A stretch of DNA of 64,000 nt from the IMG/VR virus record IMGVR_UViG_3300034198_015644, positions 32,001-96,000 of that record; one strand, written 5' to 3'. Source of the stretch: a virus. Below the pieces are notes generated by a model. It ran no database searches. It was given only the letters and a program-made list of their open reading frames with translations, and was not told the DNA's origin. The position numbers and the translations under genes are program-made. This document shows, piece by piece, positions 28,949-40,900 of this stretch (position 1 is its first letter; each line of letters starts with the position of its first letter).

Positions 28949-31900
28949 ATGCCATATATTTTTAACGACAAATATTATAAAATAATACATAAAATAGGAC
29001 TTAATAATCTTAGTCAACAATCAAATAGTTCATTAATTATACCTAACTCCTTTCTAAATAATTTATTTTATGCAACAACGGAGGAAACGAGCTTAGTAGG
29101 TTCCAATTTTCGAGGTACTATATATAGAGCTGATGCGGATGGTAACGTTTTTGATGTTTTGTATCTTTTTTCGGGATTAACTCAACCACTCACACTATTT
29201 AAAGACGGTGATGGAGATCGACCAATCGGATCATTAATCGAAGCACCAAATGGGTTGTTGTATGGAACAACTGATGGTGGCGGGGTTTGGACTAATAGTA
29301 GTCAAACTCCTATTTATGGAAATGGTATATTATTTAGCTATGACCCTTTGGGTAATACATACAATATTTTATATAGATTTTCGGGTATAACAAATTTTGA
29401 TCCGATACCTTCTTTAACGGATGGTGGTAGGCCACAAGCAAATTTAAAAGTAATTTCAGGTACAACAATATTTGGTACAACTTGTGCCGGAGGTTATAAC
29501 CCTATAGGTGGGGGAACTGAATTAGGGTCTATTTGGAAATTTGATACGTCAACTAATACATATTCAATTTTACACCATATTACTGCATCTACGGAAGGAA
29601 GAAAAGTAACTGAACTTATTTTGGCTAATGATGATAATTTATATTTTACAACCAAATTTGATGGTGCGGGTTTTCCATGGCCTGCTGGAGGATCATTAGT
29701 TAAATTAGATCTAAATGGGAATAGTACAGTAATACATCAGTTTACCAATACTCCTGATGGGGCAGATCCTTCCGCATCATTATTACAGGCATCAAATAAT
29801 TTAATTTATGGTACAACTACTCAAGGAGGAACAGGAGGATATGGGACAATATATACGTGTGATACTTCAGGTAATTACGGAATCATATATAATTTTTTAG
29901 GTGGAATTAATGGACAAAATCCATCAGGATCTTTATATGAATATAGCCCTGGATTATTTTATGGTATGGCATATGGTGGGGGTAATTTTAATTTAGGTGT
30001 TATTTATAGTTCAGATACTTTTGGAAATGTAGGAGTAATTCACCATTTTGGATCTTTTTATCTAGATGGAGAATCTAATTATCGACAAATTACTAATCTT
30101 AGTACAGGAGTTAATGGATCTCTTTTTGGTGTTACAAACGGTGGAGGAATAGGAAGCGGGACAATTTATACTTGGATTGATACTTGTAGTTTTATTTATT
30201 CCAGAAGCGGAACAACATTAAATTATTTCGATCCAAATCATATTGAATATTCGTATTATTTTGAAACTATAAGTCCATCAAATATAAGAGTAGCATTTGC
30301 ATGTAGAAATAATAATCTTTTTTGGAGAAAAATTACCACATCATTTAATGTTATAGATGAATTTACGTTAGGAAATTTTTTAGACGAAGCGCCCGTCATA
30401 AATAGAAATATATTTTTACCTCCAGCAGCATTTAAAGGAATGGCATATGCCGGACCAAATCAACTCTTTGTAAACAATAGAACTTCACAAAGAGTTGAAT
30501 TATATGATATAACAAATACAAGTGCAACATTAATAACTCCAGTATTTTCACTACCTATAACACATCAGTTTAGTATAGGAAATTATACAGATTCTTTGTA
30601 TGTAAATAACACTCAAACAGTATTTTATATTAATTTTAATAATACATTTACATCGTTTGATTCTAGTGGACAAATTTTAAATGACGGGGCACCACCTTTA
30701 GGTAATGTAGTTAGTATGTATGTACATAATGGTGATATATACACTACTACTGACAATAATTTAATTTATCTTACCGAACCTTCCGCACCAAGTGGATGGA
30801 CTTTTACCTTGATAGGTAATACACCATATAACGAACCAATGTATGCAATCGCACAAGATAATATTTCTGAATGTCTATTATCAATCCCAACGGTAGATTA
30901 TTCTTGTGTAACTTTATTTGTACGTTATGCGGATGATTTTTATATTTATGAACTTGACCCCAATAATCCCGATATTTTAAATTATAGATTTAAGCCTTTT
31001 TATGCGACAACTCAATTAGCGACAAACGGAATTTATCTTTGGGCACATAGAAGTACAGTTCCTTCATCATTTATTGATGTGTATGATTTGGCCGCATCGT
31101 ATGCTACTCTTAATGGGGTATTAGTACCAAGTATGCAAATTACTGTTCCAATTAACACTAGACTTGGTGGAATTTTTTATATATCACCTAACCAATTATA
31201 TGTAGTTAATGAAACTTTAAATACGGTAGAATTGTGGGACATATCAACACCACCTACACCTATAATAACAACAGTATTTAATATACCCGCACCATATTCG
31301 CCAGTAATACTTAACTCTTCCTATAATTCTTTATATGTTGATTTAAATAATAATATATTTTATTTGACAACTTTTACTGATTTTGTTTCATTTAGTGTAA
31401 CACCTGGCAACCCTAATCCAACTGTTTTAAATACCTCATCAAGTACAATTCTCCCAAATGGGCATCAAATAATTAACATGTATTTGGATAATGGACAAAT
31501 ATATGTTACAACTCAACAAGGGTATATATATTTGGCACAACCGGCGGTGGGAGGAGGATGGACTTTTATACAACAAACATTTATACCTAGACCAACAAGA
31601 TTTGGTGTGACACAAACTTATGCAGAAGATTGTGTAGGTACTGTTCCACCCACACCTTTAACAGGTTGTGTTATCACAGGATTAACAGTAACAGGTTGTT
31701 CTGATTTTGTTATAGTAAGTGGGGATAGTCAAGACATAACATGTTTACATGATGGTAGTGTATCAATTCAAATATCAGGAGGATGCCCAAATTATACATA
31801 TACATTATACCACCCAAATATAAGTACACAAGTAAATCAAGTAGTAACACCTAACAAAAATTGGACTTTTACAGGATTAACTGATCCGGGAAATTACTAT

Positions 31901-34900
31901 GTATCTATAAGTGGATGTAGTGGGGCGACGTTAGTGACATTAAGTCCATTTACAATTTTAGATAACAATACTTTTTATAATAACATCTTCCAATTAAACA
32001 ATGAAGAGTTTTGTGTTACTGTAAGTGGTGGTACATTACCTTATATAATTACAATTGATGGAGTTTCTCAAACGTATCAAAGTGCAGACACATATTGTTT
32101 TAGTGCAAGTTGTTTAACACCACCATCACCATCACTAATTAGATGTAGATTAAGTAATAATAATGGAAGAATAAATAGAGCTTGGGATGGAACACCTTTA
32201 AGTCCATGTCAACATACTTTTACAATTTTAGATTTAACCGTAAATGGAGTCCAATATGGACCCGGTACACCACTAACAGTTACCGCACCTTCAGGATTGA
32301 TGGCGGGAATAGGTACTGATGGTAATAGTTACGTCACCAATATTACTGATTGGATAAATAGTTATGTGCCAGCAGGATTTACATTTTGGGATGACATGAA
32401 AGTTGTCGATAGACCTGTAGGATCAACATTTAACTTAACCATAAGTTACTTCAACGCATGTGCAGGAACAACTCAACAATATACATATAACGACTCTACG
32501 GGTTGGACAATACCGGGACCTCAAACATATTCTACATATGATTGTGTACCTTTAACAATTGGAGGTGGATCACAAACAGGAAGAACAGTTACTATTAGTG
32601 ATGCGGAAGGATGTAGCGCAAGCACTGTTATAAATTATACTTGTGAAACGCCAACAATTAGTATAAGTGGCACAAATCTTTGTTGTAATAATGACGGAAG
32701 TGTAAGTATAACAGTCAATAATGGAGTACCTGCTTTTAGTGTTACCGGCACTAATGCGACTACGGGTGAAGAAATAATTGTAACTTCACCCACAACTCCA
32801 ATAAACATAGATCATTTAACTCCGGGTAATTGGACGTTTGTTGTACAAGATTCTTACGGTAATTTAATAACCACCAATAATACAATTAATTTAATAAGAT
32901 CTTATAATGTTGATTTTTTCAGTGCAAGCACTTCCCCAACAGGGACTACATTTTGTTTTAGTGGAGAATCTTGTTTAGATTATTTGAATGTAATTATTGA
33001 AGCTACCGGTCAAATAACCTCGATCAATCTAAACCCGACACCGGATGCTTGGTTTGGTACTGATGGAATTATTGATACAAATACTTTATATTGCTTTGAC
33101 ATACCAATAGAGTATTGTGGAAACGATGTAATAAATATATTATTTTTTAATGGACTAAATACTAACATAAATGTTCTATCAGGATCATTTACTAACCCAA
33201 CCTGTCAGGCGCTATTTGGATATGTAGGGGCACAAGAAGGTACTTGGGTTAATGGGTATCCTGCTTATTGGTTTACTCTTAATAATGGAATTGATGTTGT
33301 AGTTTATTTTGATTTAACATTAAATCTTTGGGTTTGGAAAAATAGAAATAGTGGTACTATTTGTTCATCTTCACCTGATTTAATAAACTGGACATCAATA
33401 AATACTAGTCCAAATTGTCAGTGTGTTGATAGTTTTACTAGTTCTATAGTTATTGCTGTCGATTCTTGTGGTTACATATACGAATCTATAAGTTTACCAT
33501 GTCCGACACTTACATTAAGTGGAACATCAGTAAATCCTACATGTATTCAAAATTGTAGCGGAACAATAACATTGACATCATCAGGAGGTCAATCACCATT
33601 TACTTTTCAATTAACAGACTCCAATGGAAATACATTATTAAATTCCATTGGACAACCAACAATTGCAACAAATATAACTACTAATAGTTATACATTTACT
33701 AATCTTTGTTCGGGTACTTATTATACATTAATTACTGATAGCGCTTTCCCAATTCCAGCTACGGCAAATACAACACCAATAGTTTTAATAAATACATTTA
33801 TCGCTAGTGCAAATGTTTTACCTATAACAATAAATGGCACTGGAGGTACAATTTGTTTTACGGTTACAGGAGGTAGTGGAAATTATAATATTGACATACA
33901 AGATACCAATTATACTTATCCGCCAGTAAATGATACTATAGTGGACGGTGAAACTTGTTTTGATTTGCCATTTGGGTGTTATGATTGGTCAATTATAGAT
34001 CCTTCCACATTATGTCAATACACAGGAAATACGTGTATACCTGAGACACCATTTGGTTGCGGAGATTATACATATACTGACCCAACCTGCACCAATGACG
34101 GCACATTAACAATCAATGTTAGTGGAGGAACGGGTCCATATCAATTTGATTTATACCTTAATGGAATTTTCAATCAAACAGGTACTAATTCTGTTGAAAC
34201 ATTTACATTTCAAAATTTAGTTGCGGGAACTTATAACGTTTTAGTTACAGATTTAGGTAGTGGGACAGTTTTAGATTGTGTTACAGTAACATTAGTAAAT
34301 ACGTTTAGTGTTCAATTTATAAGTGGAAGTACTTGTGAAAATCCAGGATATTATTGTGTCTCATTTTCAGGAGGAAATCCACCATATATTATAGAGTTTG
34401 ATCAGACTATACAATATGTTGAATATATTGCAGGTACATACTGTTACCAAGCACCTTGTGGAACTTATGAATTAACGGTAAGTGATAGTGCAATTATTGG
34501 AAATTGTTATCAAGTCCAAGTGTACACTAAAGGATTGGGTGGATTTATTATAACCACAGATATAAATGGAAATGAAATTGCAAATACTGTACCAATTTCA
34601 TTAAGTCCACAAACATTTTATTTTTGTTCTTTTAGTGCGCCTTATTATTCGGTATCAGGACCACCTTATAGTCCATATGTACCTCCATCACCATATTATC
34701 TTAATATTTCTACATCAGGAGATTGTTCTAGTACGAATTGTGGCGGATCAACAATAGGTGGATGTAGTGATTCACAAACAATCACAATATCTTGTGGAGT
34801 TGATTTAAGTGCAACTACCGTTGGTAACCCTTGTGGTCAAAATGGTCAAGGATCTATAACTATATTTAATATTGGTGGATCACCTAATTTCCAATATTCA

Positions 34901-37900
34901 ATAAACGGAGGTTTAACCTATCAATCGTCTAATTATTTTACTGGACTAAATAGTGGTACATACGATATTACAATATTAGATGCAAGTGGTTGTACGGCAT
35001 CAACTCAGGCGGTAATAGGGTATCAAACAAATTTAAGTGTAAGTGCGAGTACAACACCTGAAAATTGTGACTATAGTAGTGGGGGAACTATTACGATTAA
35101 TATAGTTGGAGGTACACCTACATATTCAATATCACTTAATGGAGGATTACCAACTACGCAAACATATTACACAGGATTAACAGTAGGAACTTACACATTT
35201 AATATTACAGATTCAGAAGGTTGTACTGCGACAATTGATGTTACAATTGAACCACCAATAAGTCTTAGCGGTACAATAACTACGTCAGAAAGTTGTAGTT
35301 ATTCACCATCATTAAATCAATATTTGGCACTTAAAGTCGAGTCGCTAATTAACTATTTAGGTAATGATGTATTAGAAAATGAACACATAAATTATGCGGT
35401 TTGTCAAGGATATACAATTTTCCAATCCTATGGGGTGGCTAAAATATGGAGGACATTATCCCCAACTGTAACTAATCCACAAGGATTAAATAGAGCGCAG
35501 GCAGAGGCAAGACTTAGTGTATTTTTAGGTAAAATATATTCGGCAGGTTTATTACCAGTGGCACTTTTAGGTGACACTGCAGACATGGATTGGTTGGCAA
35601 GTGTGGATGCGGTAAATGCAAATAAATTTTGGGGAATTGGTTTAGAAAATGAATTTTGGAATGGTGCAGTATCTTTTGCGAATTGGGTTAGTTATTTAAA
35701 TTATTTAAAAGTTACATATCCACAATATTTTAGGATGGCATATTTGGCCAATCCGGCAGGAACTTGGGGGGCAACTGAAGCATTACAAATTATAGATGCG
35801 CAAATAGATGTAATAGAAATTACAAATTATAATTCAGGTAAACCTAATCCAAATTGGGGATCTTTTGTTAACCAATTAAATCTTTTAAGTACTGCGGCAA
35901 ATATTAGAGGAGTTAATCAAAAATTTATACCATTATGGAGTGCGGAATATAATGGTAACTCAGGTAATAATTTTTCGGGACAATATTTTGGCGTTACTAC
36001 AAATTATACAAAAATAAATCCATCTGCAGTACTTACGCAATATGATATAGATTTTGCTGCAGTAACATATGCATACCCTCCGAATTTGACAAAGGTAGGA
36101 TTTAGTATGTATGAATACATTTACGCAATTGATGCGGGTGTATTACCTCAATGTACGAATTTATCGGGTTCAATAACTGCTTCTACTATAACTTCTGGTG
36201 GTACAGGAGTTTATAGTACCTCAGGAACTTTAACAATAAATGCTAATGGTGGATATGCCCCATATCAATACTCAGTAGATGGTGGGGCGTTTGGAACATC
36301 TAATTATTTTACAGGATTAAATGGTGGAATACATAATTTTGTGGTAATAGACGCGAGCGGTTGTACTGTCAGCGGTACGACCACAATCGGAGGGGCATTT
36401 GAGTTTGAAACATCAGTGACATCGTTAGATTGTTTAACAACTAGCAGTGCAACCATATGTGTTACAAGTATATCAGGAGGATACCCACCATACACCTATT
36501 CAATTAACGGAGGATCTTTTAGTAGTTCAAATTGTTTTAGTGGATTATCTTCAGGTTCATATACAATTGCAGCTCAAGATTTATCGGGTTGTAGTGCAAC
36601 AACAGTAGTATTTATTTCTGCACCATCACCAATTATAGTAAATGCAAATGTAATAGATTCAATTAGTTGTTTAGATGGGTCAAGCGCTAGTGGAGGTACT
36701 ATAACAATTACTGCGACCAATGGTACTTCACCATATTATTATAGTATTGATAGCGGGTTAAATTATCAAACATTAAATACTTTTATAAATGTACCTGTAG
36801 GTACATATACCATAGTAGTTAAAGATTCCTTAAATTGTACAGGTACTACTACAGTAAATGTTGGAACAAGACCTTCGTTCTCAATAAGTGCCTCATCTAC
36901 GCCTGATAATTGTAGTTTAACAGGGTTAGGTAGTTTAACTATAAACGTTATCGGAGGATATTCACCATATTACTATTCAATTGACGGAGGTTTATTCTTT
37001 AATGGACCAATAAATTCAAATTCTTATTATCAAGGAGGATTAAATCCGGGTGTTTACGACATAGTAGTTGAAGATAGTAGCGGTTGTACTGCGACCACAC
37101 AAGTAACTATTATCACTAGTGAAGATTTAACTATAGGCGTTGTAACAACACCTGAAACTTGCAATTACAATAGTGGGGGTACGGCAACTATTAGTGTGAC
37201 AGGAGGGACTCCAACATTTACATATTCATTAAATGGATCTTCTCCAGTTTCTTCTAATTATTTTACAGGTTTAACTGTTGGTACATACACAGTAACAGTT
37301 ACTGATAGTTTAGGATGTAATGATACAATAACATTTACTATTGATCCACCAATAAACATAAGTGGTAATACAACTCCTCAACCATGTAATGGTATTAGTG
37401 GTGGTACGTTAACAATAAATGCATCTTCAGGTAATCCACCATATACATATTCTGTCGATGGTGGATCATTTACCAACAATAATTATTTTACAGGATTAAC
37501 AACAGGTAGTCATACCATTATTGTTAAAGACGCAAGCGGATGTACCGCGTCTACAATAACACAAGTAAATCCACCAATTATTGTAAGTGCCGTAACTACA
37601 CCAGAAAATTGTTTATATACAAGTGCGGGTACAATAACAATTGTCAGTACTATTGGAGGTACTTCACCTTATACTTATTCAGTTAATGGTGGATCATTCA
37701 CAAATTTAACATATTATACAGGATTAACTTTTGGTAGTTATAATATTATCGTAAAAGATATTTCAGGTTGTAGTGCAACTACGCAGGTGACAATTAATCC
37801 ACCTATACCTGTTAGTGGTACAGTAGTTACTACAAATTTAGATTGTAATAATACTAACATAGGTACATTATTGATAACTGCCTATGGAGGTACTTCACCA

Positions 37901-40900
37901 TATACTTATTCAGTTAATGGTGGTAGTTATACTTCACAAAATTATTATTTTGGACTTAGTGCAGGTACATATAACATAACGATTAAAGATGTGTATGGAT
38001 GTAGTGCAACTACTAGTGGTATAGTTAGTACTGCAACACCTATAACAGTATCTGCAGTAAGTGTTACTGCGATTACATGTACAGGAGTAAGTGTGGCGGA
38101 TTTGACATTGATACCAAATGGAGGTACACCACCTTATACATTCTTATGGAAACCAATAAATGTTAATACACAAACTGTAAACACAGGAAATTACATAACG
38201 TCTCCTGGTACATATACCTATAGTGGATCAGTAGTAGATAGATACGGATGTTCGGCATCAACGACAGTTACATTTACGATATTATCCGCGTTTACACCCA
38301 CATTAGATATAATCGCCACTGGTGATTTATCTTGTGATGGATCTTCTTATGTAACAATTTCCGCAATAACAAGTGGTTATAATACTATATGTTGGAGTAC
38401 AGGACAATGTGGTGTTTCATCAATAACCGCAAATACGCCAGGGTCATATTCTTATTATATAACTCTTAGTGGATGTGTTTATAGTTCAGACACTGTAATA
38501 TTAGATTATGTTGACGTACCACCACCAATAGTAGGATATGATGCAAATTTATGTATTTGTAGTTCTACCGATGTAAGTTTAATAAATAATGGATTTACTT
38601 ATACTGATATATTATGGAATAACGGTGAAACCGCATCTTCATTTAGTGTAAGTTCTTGTACACCAACAGGGTATACATTTTACCTAACTGCGAAGGATCA
38701 ATACGGTTGTCCTGTAACATCAAATACTGTTACTATTGTGTTTAGTGAATTGGATGTAGATGTTTACACAAATAATTCAGTTTGTTTAGAGTGCGGCATT
38801 TGTATTGATGGTTACGCAGAAGTTGTAGTAAATAAAGGAACACCACCATATGTATTTAGTTGGACGGGGGTAAATAGTACAACTAACGTTGTGGATAATT
38901 TACAACCAGGAAATTATTGTGTTAGCGTAACAGACGCTGCGGGTTGTTTTGAATCGATATGCTTTACAATATCGGCAACTACCCCTACTGATTGTACTTA
39001 TGAACCCGTTAAAGATCCTAATGGAAATATAATTTTAAATCCTGATGGTACAATATCTTTCACAGACCCAGCAATAAATGTTGGACCTGTAGCAAGAATT
39101 AGCATAACCAATTACAGTCCAACGGAAGAATGTTGTTTAAGTAATTCTACAACCGCATTACCATTATTATATTGTGACTGTAAATGTTATTGGAGTAAAC
39201 CATCTTGTAGTAGTGGAGATACTATTATAGATAAAATAATTTTAGGGACAAATGGAAATAATGGAATACAATTAATTAATAGCACACCAAAAAATAATCA
39301 AACAATTAAATGTCAATATCAAGTAACGTTTAATTATTTATTTAATTTTGATTGTCAATCTTTAAATGATTGTGTACAAACCAATTATAGTGGAGATGTT
39401 TTAACATTTTTAAGTGGATTATCCGCATTTGCGACTGTAGAAGTGTTAACAACTGGAGGAACTTATACAACACAACAAATTGCACCAATATGGAATTTTG
39501 ATTTTTATAATCAACCTACGGGGGTATATTTTGGTGGTCAAAATTGTGATCTAATAACACAATCAATATTTAATTCTTTAGGTACAAATTGCACGGCATT
39601 GACAGAAAATACTTTTGCCGCAATATGGAAAACCGCATCATTTAAGATATATGATTCACTTGTTGGTGAGACAATAAAACTTGGTATGATATTAGAAGGT
39701 TTTGGTTGTGAATATAATATTCTATTAGATAATATACAAATAAATGAAGTTTGTGTTGTCACAGAAGAACAAATAATAACACCACCTAATGGAGGGTGTC
39801 CGGGTTTTGAATTAGAAAAAATTGTAGATAATAAAAAATCTTGGATTTATAATGAAACTACGTATAATAGAGATTGGTTCCACTTAAAATATAGAGACAC
39901 ATCATACATAGATTATGACGAGAGATTAGATATAAACACTAAAGAAGTTGATTTAGAGGTTAATGTTTCTAGGGCAATAAATTATGACATATATTGTTAC
40001 GCTACTTCACCACAAAATTGTTTAACAATTAGTGGTTGTAATAACCCTAATTTAGTAGTGGGATTAATGACATCTATTGATTATTGTTCTTTAGGTATAC
40101 CTTATCTTAATGATATGAGTGGTTTTACGGGACCCGGAAGAATTTATTTCTTTGATGCACTTGGAACGCTTACGACAGATGTAAATCAAATTGTTAACGC
40201 ACCTGCAGGTGGGTTGTATTGGGATGGAACTGATATAAATGGGGTAGATAGAACTTCTTACTTTGCCCCAATAACAGGTAACACCGGTGTTTTATATATT
40301 TGTCAAAGCGGAGTTACCGCCGCATTTAAATTTGAACCAAATACGTTACAATTATATTATTTTAACTCTTGTTGTTTACCACAAATACCGAACAGTGTTA
40401 GACCAACATTTATGTGCTGGCCAACTAATACAGGTTTATCTTATTTACAGACAATAACTCCCGCTAGTACTTTATTTAGTGCTGGGTTGGTGTATTTGTA
40501 TTATGTATTAGGTACAGGAGTTCCACCATCAATTCAACCGTCAAACCCTTGGGTTCAATTCCCTAACGTTACAACCTACACAGGATCTGTTTTAACTTTT
40601 GCAACATCAGGTTTAACTGCAGGTCAAACTTACGACTTTCAATTTTCAATAAGAGTTAATGGAACTAACAATCCACCCCAACCGATAGTTTATATTGCGT
40701 TTGGAGTGGGTCAAGGAGGAACTCAAGTTACACTCTTAGACAATATTACAGGGGCAACAAATAATGGTACCATTACCTATAATTTTACTCAAACAATAAC
40801 GGGTCCATTAACACAGTATAATGAATTCTTTATACGTATAATAAATGGAACATCAACTAAGACGTATTTTGTTAACTATAATGATCTTATAATTACAGAA

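Noticed and set aside
28939-28951. +1 frameshift or sequencing error joining the 626-aa and 4829-aa ORFs (TTA TAA A ATG)
   Set aside because: There is no obvious slippery re-pairing codon. The stop falls at the same repeat position as in the 4101-aa gene, so it looks genuine. Read mapping would be needed to exclude an error fully.
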